DNA from: Candidatus Coatesbacteria bacterium
Lineage (GTDB): Bacteria > JAFGND01
Reading direction: 5' to 3'
DNA: 64,000 nucleotides
Assembly: GCA_016927185.1 (NCBI GenBank)
Contig: JAFGND010000044.1
Coordinates: 1-64,000 of the forward strand
Below are positions 40,127 to 50,217 of the stretch, piece after piece. The notes beneath the pieces were generated by a model that was not told where the DNA came from, did not search any database, and was given only the letters and a program-made list of their open reading frames with translations. A program made the position numbers and the translations under genes. Every line of letters begins with the position of its first letter. Within the stretch, counting starts at the first letter, position 1.

Positions 40127-40590
40127 TATACTCCTAGATTGAGAATGTAAATACTGGATCTGTTTATTACATAAAAGTAATCATCTTGTTTTATTGTGAA
40201 AAAGAGGACAGGTTTGTTAATAATGTCAGAGATTCTTTTTCTTTCAGGTTTTGCTGGCTCCCATAATTCTCCATTAAGGGATTCTCCGTCAATAAACTCA
40301 ATGGATATATTGTTGCCAGGACAAATTATTGTCTTCAAATACTCTATCTCCTGTTCGTCAGGAATATAGCGAAGATAGTATATATATGTTTTATTAAGAA
40401 GGTGAATTCTTCCCAGCGGAGATCTATATATAAGGAACGGTTCATTCAAATTCATCACTTCATATGGGGTTTGATAGCGCATGGAATATGATGGTGAAAG
40501 GGACAGGAATATATCAGCATCGATAGGTTTCCTGTCTCTTCCATGCCTTATTTCAACTGGTTGAATTTTGGTATCTATTTTCAAATCCAT
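40126..40590 (-). CDS. Hypothetical protein (duplicated DUF6812-like motif)
   Basis: E.MN...PFL...LLNK..I and RISD.IN...FF...INRS.I repeats. Confidence 0.55.
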   Translation of the reverse strand: MDLKIDTKIQPVEIRHGRDRKPIDADIFLSLSPSYSMRYQTPYEVMNLNEPFLIYRSPLGRIHLLNKTYIYYLRYIPDEQEIEYLKTIICPGNNISIEFIDGESLNGELWEPAKPERKRISDIINKPVLFFTIKQDDYFYVINRSSIYILNLGV

Positions 40591-40721
40591 ATAAATGGAA
40601 AAAAATATATAACAAATTTTGTCAAGTTTCTTAAAATAACTGGATATAAAATCAATATGATATTTTCAAGTTTTTTCGAATTTCTCATTGACTGAAGATA
40701 CTGAATGAAAAGATTAAGGCA

Positions 40722-41600
40722 ATGTCAAATGAGCTTGTATGGAGAAATTCTTTTTTTTCAAGGTTTATCTTGTTCATTTTTTCTTTGTTCCCATTTATCA
40801 TGAACATACTGGTAATTGTATTGCCTTTTCTTGAGGATAAAGATAAACTTGTTAATACAATATTGTTGATGATTGGAGGATTCTCCGTATTCATCCCATT
40901 AACAATGTTTTCAGGATACCAGTTCATCATGTCATTGAAAACCATATCAGTAAATAATGAAGGTATTAGATATGGAAGCAAGTTTTATCCATGGTCTGAA
41001 TTCAAGACAGTATTTTATGAAAAAGAGAATTTCAGTCCAGGATTAGTATTTGTCAGAAATGATGAAAGCAGACTTGAACTTTATTTCATGTATAGCGGAA
41101 AGTCATCTCTGCGTTTCATGTCAAGCATCAAGAGTATTGCACTAAGGAATATGAATGAAGGAGAACAGAAGCATTTCATGCTTTCTTTTGCCAACAGGCT
41201 TGCAATAAAGTTCCTTCCTGTCATAATGATATTTCCAATAGTATTTGCCCTTATTCCATGGCTTGTAAAACAATATATGGCAGGTCAAATTCCAAGATTA
41301 TATTTGTCATTATCTCTTATTGGTTTGATATCATTAATATACTTTTTTTTGACGCTTTACAGAATATTGATGAGAACATATATCATTGATGAGGATGCAT
41401 TGAAAGTAATGACAGGGAAGAAGCTTACTGAAAGCATAAGTTATGATTCAATAATTGATCTAATCCTTTTTAAAAACTCAGGTATGTCATTATTGATGAT
41501 AAAAACAGCTAATAAAACAATGCGTATCTATTCCCAGATAGGAAATCTTGAATCTCTTGAAAAAAGCCTCAGGAAAAGGGTTTTCAAAGACACAAGCTAA
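40722..41600 (+). CDS. Membrane protein with two 2-TM + bacterial PH-like modules
   Basis: TM pairs followed by I.V..EGI...PWSE and Y.I..D.L...I.Y..I. Confidence 0.6.
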   Translation: MSNELVWRNSFFSRFILFIFSLFPFIMNILVIVLPFLEDKDKLVNTILLMIGGFSVFIPLTMFSGYQFIMSLKTISVNNEGIRYGSKFYPWSEFKTVFYEKENFSPGLVFVRNDESRLELYFMYSGKSSLRFMSSIKSIALRNMNEGEQKHFMLSFANRLAIKFLPVIMIFPIVFALIPWLVKQYMAGQIPRLYLSLSLIGLISLIYFFLTLYRILMRTYIIDEDALKVMTGKKLTESISYDSIIDLILFKNSGMSLLMIKTANKTMRIYSQIGNLESLEKSLRKRVFKDTS

Positions 41601-42419
41601 TCAGAATAAAACATTGATTCCGAAATTGTGATTTGAATACTTATTTTCATCTTGCATGAAACTGTATTGAAGGCTTCCCTGTGCAGAAACTGAAAACTCC
41701 ATTCCTCCGCAATAAGTCTTTTTCCATGCATATCCTGTTTTCAGTATTATCCCGTTTGTTATATTAAAAGATAAGCCATATGCTTTTCTCAAGGTGATCT
41801 TTGATTTGTCTTCCCTGTCCCATTTGATATCCCTTATGTCTGCTGATACTAACACTCCTTTCATTGGAGTAATAGCCAGACCTGTATTCAGCGATCTTTC
41901 GAAACCTTCCATGTCTGGATTTGCGAGATTTTGTCCTGTTAATCCGTAGCTTAAGAAATTCAGGAAATAGAAATCAAAACCTATATCAAGTGATGCATTA
42001 TTTCTCATTTCTTCTTTCCAGGGTCCTCTTATATATTTTATATTGGCACCGATTGATGTTGAAGGTGAAACGAGATTGGCGAAGGAAATGGCGACAGATG
42101 TTCTTGTCCCACCTTTTTCAGCTCTCCTGTAAAAACAAAATCCCTTAAGTATCTGTGAGCTTGAAAAAGGATTGGAAAAACCTGTATACCACCCCCTGTC
42201 TACATTAGTTCCAACATCTCTTCTGAATCTGTAATCAAGGGTAAACACGTTATTCTTGAAAAAGACTACTGCTGCCGGATTATAGAGTATTGCACCTGCA
42301 CCATCCGGTGATGCTGTCTGTGAGCCAGCAAGACTTGCTCCTGAAGTAGATAAATCAAAACATTCTGAGAAAAGAAGAGTTTTTAAAAACAGAAAAAGAA
42401 CCAGGTATATCTTGTTCAT
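41601..42419 (-). CDS. Outer-membrane beta-barrel, PorV/FadL-like
   Basis: Signal peptide, A..A.A...GA..YNPA plug motif, alternating strands, terminal Phe. Confidence 0.65.
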   Translation of the reverse strand: MNKIYLVLFLFLKTLLFSECFDLSTSGASLAGSQTASPDGAGAILYNPAAVVFFKNNVFTLDYRFRRDVGTNVDRGWYTGFSNPFSSSQILKGFCFYRRAEKGGTRTSVAISFANLVSPSTSIGANIKYIRGPWKEEMRNNASLDIGFDFYFLNFLSYGLTGQNLANPDMEGFERSLNTGLAITPMKGVLVSADIRDIKWDREDKSKITLRKAYGLSFNITNGIILKTGYAWKKTYCGGMEFSVSAQGSLQYSFMQDENKYSNHNFGINVLF

Positions 42420-43450
42420 ATGGATTTCTCCTTTTTATTCTTTGTAAGCAGGAAAGTAAGTCCATAATTAGTTATCAGGAAGATTCCAAGACTTACATAC
42501 GTAATATCACTCAATCTCATGCTTGCCAGATAAGCCATTGCTGATGGAGGATCATAACCAACAATTGCATAAGTTCCTATCTGACCTCCTTCCAGTATGC
42601 CAAATCCTCCTGGCGTAAACTGCAATGCCAGTACAATCTGCGTAAGTACGAAAATCAATGATAGTTCAGGGAAATTAAATGGGATTTTATTATTTAGAAA
42701 TATGAAGAAAAACATGGGTTTTGTAAATATAAAGAACATACTGAATAGAATAAGAAAAAAGCTCTTTATTGTAGATTTGGGATTTGCAACATAAAGCTTG
42801 TGTATCCATTTTTCGCTTTCTCCAACATAAAATGCTGCCCTGGTTAGTTTCCTTGGTGATAATCCCAAGTAAGCAATTTTTTTCAGTGCCGGTCTTAAGA
42901 TCTGCTTGCCTTTCATGATGGAATATTGCAACAGGATAAATGATAATAGAATGAAAATATTGAATATGAGAAGAAGTATTTTCACTCCCAGCGGAAGCAT
43001 TTTGAAATAATGTATGTATACTTCAATGCTCCCTATTATTATAGCCAGAAGGAAACATGTGAATTCCTGGAACTTGGCAATAAAAACAGAAGCAAAAACA
43101 AGTCTTTTTCTTATTCCATATTTCCTTGAAATATATACTGCTCTAATTGGTTCTCCACCAATATATGCGCTTGGGGTAAGGAAATTCCCAGCTTGCCCCA
43201 TGCAGGTTGCATAAAAGATGTCTTTGAATTTTATTTCATATCCATTTGCCTTGAGTATTATCTGCCAGCCTTTTCCTTGAAGCAGCATGGCTATTGAATA
43301 ATTGAAAAAGAAAGCTATGAAAGCAAGTGGACCTACTGTTGAGATCTGATTCCATATTTTCTCTGTTCCAACTTGATGGCAGATGAATACTATAATAAGG
43401 ATTCCTGCTGCAGCACCAATCATGAATGTAAGGAATCCTTTTTTCTCCAT
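42416..43450 (-). CDS. Lysylphosphatidylglycerol synthase TM / flippase-like (UPF0104)
   Basis: N.LTP...GGEP.R, TPGG.G..E. Confidence 0.88.
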   Translation of the reverse strand: MEKKGFLTFMIGAAAGILIIVFICHQVGTEKIWNQISTVGPLAFIAFFFNYSIAMLLQGKGWQIILKANGYEIKFKDIFYATCMGQAGNFLTPSAYIGGEPIRAVYISRKYGIRKRLVFASVFIAKFQEFTCFLLAIIIGSIEVYIHYFKMLPLGVKILLLIFNIFILLSFILLQYSIMKGKQILRPALKKIAYLGLSPRKLTRAAFYVGESEKWIHKLYVANPKSTIKSFFLILFSMFFIFTKPMFFFIFLNNKIPFNFPELSLIFVLTQIVLALQFTPGGFGILEGGQIGTYAIVGYDPPSAMAYLASMRLSDITYVSLGIFLITNYGLTFLLTKNKKEKSI

Positions 43451-45897
43451 TAAAATCTCATTTCATCTGAACCGCGTTTTTCAATCTTTACGTCAGGATG
43501 ATGCTTTATATTGAATCTTATGTAATAAGTCCATTTGTCTCCGATAACGCTTCTGGTGAATATCATCTCCCAGCAATGCAAATCCCTTATTATATTATAG
43601 TCTTGTGAAACAAGCTGCCCTTCTGTAATTGAATAATATGCAGAATAGCTAACTCTCCATTTAGGCGTGACGCTTAATTCACCACTCACATGCAGATCAT
43701 AAATATCTTCGCTTCTGCTTCCATTTCCCTGTTCCATACCTCTGACATAATAGAAAGAAGCTCTGAAATTCCATGGTCTGTCAAGGTCAAAATTACTCTT
43801 ATCCTTGAATGATCGTTCATCTTCTTCTTCCTTGGTCTTTTTTTCCTTGTCTTCTTCTTTTTCTTCATAACCGGGAAGCATATCTTCACTTATCTGGAAT
43901 GTCAAATCCGTTCTAAGCTGGACAAGGGGCATACGACCATATAATGAATGAAGGGTGTTTATACCTGATGTAAGAAAAAAATTAGGCATAAGCTGAAAGG
44001 AATTGCTTAGATCACCCCATGGTCTTATATCATTAGCTTCATCTCTCTCTTTCAAAAGATCATAAGTAGTACTGGAATTTATCGCAAGAAGATTAAGGAT
44101 TTTGTCATCCTTCTCCTGACCCATGAACCATTTTGCATCAAGCATTTGAGACAGGGAGAAGCTTAACATGCTGCTTACAGATTGATGTCCACCGAAAGTT
44201 GTCTGGTATAATCCCATGTCTTCTTCAATATCTCCCTTTACAAAATCCCATCCCTTTAGATACCAGCCTGGGGAATAAGAATGGCTTACTGTCGGTGTTA
44301 TTGTATGTCTGAAAGCTCTTAAATGACCCCATTTGGGATAGAATAAACCATACAGGCTTGTGTTGGCACTCAGTCCTGTGCTGAAATAACCTCTTCTTAC
44401 AAAATGCTTGCTTAATGAATCTTCATCTTCCCAGATTTCATTATAATTCAAACTTGGAGAGAAATTCATGTATTTAAGTATCTTTTGCGGAGTGGATAAT
44501 GATGCATTCTGTACTAATCCTGTTTGTGAATCCCATACATTATCTCTTTCTTCATAATTTGTTTGCTGACGTTTATTGAGAAAATATGAATAATAACTTA
44601 CATAGACAAGCTGATACCATTTTGATTCTTTTGGATCGTCAGGAGCAAAAGGGGCAAAACTGTTGAGATTATACTGCACTCTAGGTAATTCTTCATCAAT
44701 AGCCACTTCACCATCCATTGCATCAAGATATCTTTGATCCATCAAATAAAGATTGAGGCTTGCTTTTTCCCATATCTTGTTGATCTGCCCACTTGTGGTA
44801 AGCTGTTCTATCATTCTTGTATCAAAATCATCTGACTGCTGAAGGAGAGTTCTGTCTGATAGAAATTGTGCCTGGATTTTCGCTTGAACTGAAGGTGTTA
44901 TATTCTGCTGATGATTGCCAGTAAAATACCATCTTCTTCTCTGCTCTTCTGTATCCACATTATACTGGAAATAGGCTGAACCATCAAGAAGGTATCTCTT
45001 CTTGTACCTCAAATCAAGTTTTCCCATATAGCCAACATATTCAGTTATATCTGTTGCGAGTGTTGCATCCCAGTAGTCCGAGGGAGCAAAGTAATATCCA
45101 GCATTCTCCACAAAAAAACCATCAGTGTCATTTTCTCCGAATCTGGGAGTAAGGAAACCACTATGCCTGTCTTTTTTTATGAAGAATACCCAGAAAGGTG
45201 ACCAGAACACAGGAGTATCTCTGATATACATTGTTGCAGGTTTTGTTATTACCTTATCATTAACGAATACTCTCATTCGTTTTGCCTTGAAGAAGAAATC
45301 AGGCTCTTCCTTGTCACATGTTGTATATGTACCATTATCAACATTCAAGACTTTGTCAGCTACCTTTCTTATTCTCTCACCACTGAAATAACCTTGATCC
45401 TGAGTAGTGCTTGCAAAATAAATCCTTCCTTTCCTGAGATTCATGTTATAAACCATCTTATAACCTTCAACTTTGTCTGTACCTTCATAAAGGACAGGAT
45501 TCTCTGTTACAACAAGTATCCTCGTTTTTGTATTGAAATTGACTTTCCCGCCTGTTATTCTTGTTGTCTGATATATCAGCTCAACATTTCCAACCATTAT
45601 TATTTCATCTTTGTCCCTGAGATATGTTATTGAATCTGCCTTGTATAGAAGATTATCAGGTTTTGTTGTATCAGGCTCTGAAGAAGTGCTATCTTTCTTC
45701 GTTTCATCGAAGTTTTCTTCAAGGAAATCATCATCCTTTGTATAGTCTTTTATTCCCTCTTCTTTTTTTGATGTATTGGCAGAATCTGATTTTTCCTCTT
45801 TTGTATTCTTATCATCCTGCTTATTTTTATTTTCTTCTGTATGAAGAAAGCAAGTATAGAAAAGCAGAAAGCAAAAAATAAAAGCTGTCTTTAACAT
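43450..45897 (-). CDS. lptD: LPS assembly protein LptD
   Basis: OstA N-domain, YTTCD...P, P..P......R.SGFL.P, RDLHCWE near the C-terminus. Confidence 0.92.
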   Translation of the reverse strand: MLKTAFIFCFLLFYTCFLHTEENKNKQDDKNTKEEKSDSANTSKKEEGIKDYTKDDDFLEENFDETKKDSTSSEPDTTKPDNLLYKADSITYLRDKDEIIMVGNVELIYQTTRITGGKVNFNTKTRILVVTENPVLYEGTDKVEGYKMVYNMNLRKGRIYFASTTQDQGYFSGERIRKVADKVLNVDNGTYTTCDKEEPDFFFKAKRMRVFVNDKVITKPATMYIRDTPVFWSPFWVFFIKKDRHSGFLTPRFGENDTDGFFVENAGYYFAPSDYWDATLATDITEYVGYMGKLDLRYKKRYLLDGSAYFQYNVDTEEQRRRWYFTGNHQQNITPSVQAKIQAQFLSDRTLLQQSDDFDTRMIEQLTTSGQINKIWEKASLNLYLMDQRYLDAMDGEVAIDEELPRVQYNLNSFAPFAPDDPKESKWYQLVYVSYYSYFLNKRQQTNYEERDNVWDSQTGLVQNASLSTPQKILKYMNFSPSLNYNEIWEDEDSLSKHFVRRGYFSTGLSANTSLYGLFYPKWGHLRAFRHTITPTVSHSYSPGWYLKGWDFVKGDIEEDMGLYQTTFGGHQSVSSMLSFSLSQMLDAKWFMGQEKDDKILNLLAINSSTTYDLLKERDEANDIRPWGDLSNSFQLMPNFFLTSGINTLHSLYGRMPLVQLRTDLTFQISEDMLPGYEEKEEDKEKKTKEEEDERSFKDKSNFDLDRPWNFRASFYYVRGMEQGNGSRSEDIYDLHVSGELSVTPKWRVSYSAYYSITEGQLVSQDYNIIRDLHCWEMIFTRSVIGDKWTYYIRFNIKHHPDVKIEKRGSDEMRF

Positions 45898-46032
45898 ATA
45901 TTATTGACTTACTTTATATAGCCTTAATAAAGGGCAATAAAAATAATTCGTAAGAGAGAAAATAACAAAGTTATTTTCCTCTTGACGAGATTTTAACTAT
46001 TGATATGACTATTTCAATCATTAAAAAAAGAG

Positions 46033-46041
46033 TGTGGATAA
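46033..46041 (-). promoter_or_regulatory. Perfect DnaA box upstream of dnaA (probable autoregulation)
   Basis: TGTGGATAA, i.e. TTATCCACA on the minus strand. Confidence 0.8.
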
Positions 46042-46132
46042 CTTTTCGGTTACTATTAATGACTTAAAAATCATAAAGTTATGATGGCTTCTTTATTATT
46101 TTTTAGGCTAATTAAGAAATAGGGGGAGAGAA

Positions 46133-47488
46133 TTGACACAAAAGAAAGGGCCTTCAGAAATCTGGGAAGAGACGCTGGATAAAATAAAATCCTGCATATC
46201 TTCTGATAAATTCAATACATGGTTCAAGCGGACAAAGGGAATTGCATTTGATGGAGAAGTGCTTACAATTGAAGCAACGAGAGGCAAGTTTCATGCTGAT
46301 TACCTGTCAGCAAATTTCAAGGAGCTTATATCTAGCAATCTGCAGTATAAATTCTATATTGTTGGAAGCGAGAATATTGAATTGACTAAGGAACCTGTTA
46401 ATGAAGTTATAATGAATCAAGCGAAAACTGCAAAAACCGGTAACAAAGTTGTAGCAAATCAACTGGGGACAATATTCAATAAGCGCTATACTTTTGATAA
46501 CTTCATAGTCGGAAAATCTAATGAATTTGCATGTGCGGCAGCAAAAGCTGTTTCCCAGAATCTTGCCATGGTTCATAATCCACTTGTCATTTATGGAGGG
46601 ACTGGTTTAGGGAAGACGCATTTGATGCAGGCAATTGGAAATGATATAATTTCTCAGCAACCTTACAAGAAAGTTGTATATCTGCCTACAGAAACACTTG
46701 TTTCAGATTTTGTATATAATATGCAGAAAGGCAGAATGGATGAAGTGAAGAAGAGATACAGATCCATAGAAGTGCTTCTGCTTGATGATGTGCAGTTTCT
46801 TGCAGGCAAGGAAAGAAGCGAGATGGAATTCTTTCATACATTCAATGCCCTTTATCAAAGTGACAAGCAGATAGTACTTACTTGTGACAGAATTCCTCAG
46901 GAAACTAATCTCCAGGAAAGGTTGATATCAAGGCTGGCAAATGGTCTCATGGTAGATATCAAACCTCCTGATTTTGAAACAAGAATGGCTATTCTCCTTA
47001 ACAAGGCAAACTGGCTGAATTTGAAACTTCCATATGCAGTAGCAGCATTTCTGGCAGAGAGCATTGCCACAAACATAAGGGATCTTGAAGGATGCTTGTC
47101 AAAGATTCATGCATATTCCTATGTAAAAAAGACTAATATTACGATTGAGCTTGTTCAGGAAATACTTCAGGATATGCTGAAAGTATCCAAGACGCATTTC
47201 AAGATAGATGATATAATTGTAACTGCTTGCGATTATTTTCATATTCCTGTAGAAGCTTTGAAAAGCCCAAGCAGAAAGCAGGATATTGCCCATACAAGGA
47301 AAATAATAATGTACCTGGCAACTCAATATAGTGGCTTGAAACTTCAGGAAATTGCAAAAACGCTTAACAGGGCAGATCATACTACTATTATTCATGGAAG
47401 GGATTTTGTAAAAAATTCACTCCAGACTGACAGAGAAATAGAACGTGATGTAGAAGAGATAATTATAAGACTCAAGAGAGTGAAATAG
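46133..47488 (+). CDS. dnaA: Chromosomal replication initiator DnaA
   Basis: YTFDNF..G.SN, GGTGLGKTHL, LLDDVQF, FFHTFN.L, R.LEG, DHTTIIH. TTG start after GGGGGAG. Confidence 0.98.
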   Translation: MTQKKGPSEIWEETLDKIKSCISSDKFNTWFKRTKGIAFDGEVLTIEATRGKFHADYLSANFKELISSNLQYKFYIVGSENIELTKEPVNEVIMNQAKTAKTGNKVVANQLGTIFNKRYTFDNFIVGKSNEFACAAAKAVSQNLAMVHNPLVIYGGTGLGKTHLMQAIGNDIISQQPYKKVVYLPTETLVSDFVYNMQKGRMDEVKKRYRSIEVLLLDDVQFLAGKERSEMEFFHTFNALYQSDKQIVLTCDRIPQETNLQERLISRLANGLMVDIKPPDFETRMAILLNKANWLNLKLPYAVAAFLAESIATNIRDLEGCLSKIHAYSYVKKTNITIELVQEILQDMLKVSKTHFKIDDIIVTACDYFHIPVEALKSPSRKQDIAHTRKIIMYLATQYSGLKLQEIAKTLNRADHTTIIHGRDFVKNSLQTDREIERDVEEIIIRLKRVK

Positions 47489-47492
47489 CCAG

Positions 47493-47518
47493 TAAGGATT
47501 GATAAATATCAATCCTTA
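47493..47518 (+). terminator. Inverted repeat immediately after dnaA (terminator or operator)
   Basis: TAAGGATTGATA-aa-TATCAATCCTTA followed by TTT. Confidence 0.6.
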
Positions 47519-47580
47519 TTTCATTGAAAGTTTTTTCTGCATAACTTGACAAGTTTTATATATAAAATTATCAGTGTTAT

Positions 47581-48519
47581 ATGCCAAATGTATCATATAG
47601 GGAATGGTTATCTGACAAAATAGCCAGATTCTGGCCAGACATGATAAACATGAAATTGATGGAGCTTGAGTTCACTAACTATTGCAATACAACCTGCATT
47701 ATGTGCCCCAGAAGCTCAATGAAAAGGCCATTCGGTTACATAAGTGAGGAAACCATTCTGAATATCATCAATGAAATAAGTAAAGAGAAAATTCTGGATG
47801 TTAATGTTTGCGGTTTCGGTGAACCAACCATGCATAAGGATTTCTTCAAATTCTGCGCTCTTTTTTTAGAGAAACAACCCAAAATGAGATTAACTTTAAC
47901 TAGCAATTTCCAGTTCCTTGACAAGGAAGCTTTAGTGAATTTCAAGGAATTGCCATTCAGTCATATTTACTATTCATGGTCAGGTATTTCCCAGGATTCA
48001 TACAAGGAGATAATGGGCAAGAATACATTTGAAGAGCAGATTGATAAACTTGATTTCCTGATAATGAATAAACATCCTGATACAAAGATTTTCATAAGAT
48101 ACATATTTACCCATCCTCATCCATTCAGGCATAATGAAATAATCAATTTCTTCAGCGAATGGAAGGAAGCAAAACTGATGATTATTCCGAGCCATAACAG
48201 AAGCGGATTTTTGAAGTCATATTCCACTTCCTTCAGGAAAAGAAGACACATATTCAGATGTGATATGCTAAGATATATCACTTTTATTGCATGGAATGGA
48301 GATTCTTTTGCATGCGTAAATGACCTCACTGCTGAAAGAATATTCGGGAATATCAACAAGGATCAATTAAAATCTATTATAAAAGCAAGGCAGCAAAGCG
48401 AATTTGAAGAGGATTACCCATTTAATGGCTGTCATCAATGTACAAGCCAGACGAGATACAGAATTGCAACAGGAGGCAGTCCTGCAATCCTTTCCTGGTT
48501 ATCTAGAATACTGGAGTGA
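47581..48519 (+). CDS. Radical SAM protein with SPASM/twitch domain
   Basis: CNTTCIMC, GFGEP, C-terminal C...I.WNG...C..D...GNI...CHQC. Confidence 0.9.
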   Translation: MPNVSYREWLSDKIARFWPDMINMKLMELEFTNYCNTTCIMCPRSSMKRPFGYISEETILNIINEISKEKILDVNVCGFGEPTMHKDFFKFCALFLEKQPKMRLTLTSNFQFLDKEALVNFKELPFSHIYYSWSGISQDSYKEIMGKNTFEEQIDKLDFLIMNKHPDTKIFIRYIFTHPHPFRHNEIINFFSEWKEAKLMIIPSHNRSGFLKSYSTSFRKRRHIFRCDMLRYITFIAWNGDSFACVNDLTAERIFGNINKDQLKSIIKARQQSEFEEDYPFNGCHQCTSQTRYRIATGGSPAILSWLSRILE

Positions 48520-48523
48520 TATT

Positions 48524-49264
48524 ATGAAAATGAAGAAATGCTTGAAATGCAATTACCTGAACCATCCTGACATGGAAGTTTGTGCGAAATGCAGTGGAGA
48601 TATAAAATCACTTTTCAGCTATACAGTTGTAGATGATGAAGGTGAGAGCATTAAAAGCGGAGAAGTAATAAACCAGCAGGAAACAAGCAGTAAAGATCCT
48701 GGGGAGGTTATCTCTTCAGAAAAGAAACCAAACAAGCCTGATCCATTTACTGATGAGAACATAAAAAGAAGAAAGAAGATAATTTATACTGTTGTAATTA
48801 TTGATGTTATTATTACATTAGGCATTGCAGCCTTCCTTCTGCTGAGAAACGTCTCATCTCAATCTGCTTCAAGCAGTCAGCATCATTCAGGTAATTACAA
48901 GTATCCGCAATTGAAGAGATATGAAGCAGGACTGGGCAAGGGAAGTCATATAGAAAAGCAAAGGAATACTATATCAACCAATTACAGCGACAATCTCATT
49001 TTCATGTTTTATCTGGATAAACCTGTAAACAAGAATCAGAAACTGAGATTTATATTCAGGAATGCAAATACAAACGAAATCATTCATACTCTCGAATATG
49101 TTTCAAATGCCAGACATACTTCATTCTGGTACAAGTATCCAAGAGGAAACAAGGAATTCCTGCCTGGTATATATTATTGCGATTTATATCTCGCTGATGA
49201 AAACATTTTAATAGGAAGTGCCTATATCAAGATGATTGACGCTGAAATACCAGAACAGAATTGA
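48524..49264 (+). CDS. Zinc-ribbon, single-TM hypothetical protein
   Basis: KKCLKC...CAKC, TM segment, Ig-like C-terminus with PGIY. Confidence 0.65.
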   Translation: MKMKKCLKCNYLNHPDMEVCAKCSGDIKSLFSYTVVDDEGESIKSGEVINQQETSSKDPGEVISSEKKPNKPDPFTDENIKRRKKIIYTVVIIDVIITLGIAAFLLLRNVSSQSASSSQHHSGNYKYPQLKRYEAGLGKGSHIEKQRNTISTNYSDNLIFMFYLDKPVNKNQKLRFIFRNANTNEIIHTLEYVSNARHTSFWYKYPRGNKEFLPGIYYCDLYLADENILIGSAYIKMIDAEIPEQN

Positions 49265-49266
49265 TT

Positions 49267-50217
49267 ATGATTGGAAACTCCATTGCACTCAGAGATATCA
49301 TCATTCCAGATTTCCTTGGATTCAAAATAGAGGAAAATTCTGAATTAAATACCTCTCTTGATCATTCAGGAATTATCAGTCCCATTATTATTGATGGAAG
49401 AGACAAGCTGATAGATGGAAGAAAAAGGATTGTCTGGGCAAGGCAGCATGAGGTGGATGAGGTAAAAGTCAGCAGATTGCCAGCACAGAGTGATGCAAGT
49501 ATCTTGAGGATGAATCTGGAATTGAATGATGAAGGCTTATCCAGTGCTGAAGCATCACTTCTTCTTTATTTCCTCTTCAGGTATAATTTTCTTGATAATT
49601 TCTTCAGAAAGCATATAAACAAGATAACCAAGAGCAATCTCAGTTACAATCAGCTTAAGATCGTGTCTTCAATCTATTATTTATCTGATGAAACCAGGAA
49701 AATACTTCATATATTGAATTATCCATTTGCAAGGCTTTATCATTTGATGAAGTTCGAAACCATTTATCTGGACGAATTCATAACAGATGCTTACAAATGC
49801 AGACTAAACATGAATGAGATATATGAAGGATTTGAAAATCTCTTTTATGGATCAAAATTGAGAAATACTGGATTAGAAAAGGGAATAAAGTTATTCAAAA
49901 ATGAAATAATGTTGCAAGGAAACAGGAGAGAGCATATAAAAAAGTGGCTTGGCAATTTCAGGTATCCAGCAAAATCCTTGTGCAATGAAAAACTGGAAAG
50001 GATTTTCAAGTCTCTTCCTCCAGATATAAATGTTATCTGGGACAGGAATCTTGAAAAGAGTGAGATAGAATTGAGGATAAAGATAAACAGCAAAACAGAT
50101 ATGAAAAAGACGATGGAAGTATTGTCAGGGCTTATGAAATCTGATTTAGTAGAAACCTTCAGGAAAGTGACACAAGAATGCGAATTCTTTTCATCAGACC
50201 ACCGTACACTAGATTGA
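49267..50217 (+). CDS. ParB N-terminal domain-containing protein
   Basis: SL...GII.PI......LIDG.KR ParB/Srx box, helical middle. Confidence 0.7.
   Translation: MIGNSIALRDIIIPDFLGFKIEENSELNTSLDHSGIISPIIIDGRDKLIDGRKRIVWARQHEVDEVKVSRLPAQSDASILRMNLELNDEGLSSAEASLLLYFLFRYNFLDNFFRKHINKITKSNLSYNQLKIVSSIYYLSDETRKILHILNYPFARLYHLMKFETIYLDEFITDAYKCRLNMNEIYEGFENLFYGSKLRNTGLEKGIKLFKNEIMLQGNRREHIKKWLGNFRYPAKSLCNEKLERIFKSLPPDINVIWDRNLEKSEIELRIKINSKTDMKKTMEVLSGLMKSDLVETFRKVTQECEFFSSDHRTLD

Noticed and set aside
45898-46132. lptD-dnaA intergenic region as oriC
   Set aside because: Only one clear DnaA box, more consistent with autoregulation. Not fully excluded as part of a bipartite origin
49267-50217. ParABS partition locus
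   Set aside because: No parA adjacent, and I noticed no TGTTTCACGTGAAACA-like parS by eye
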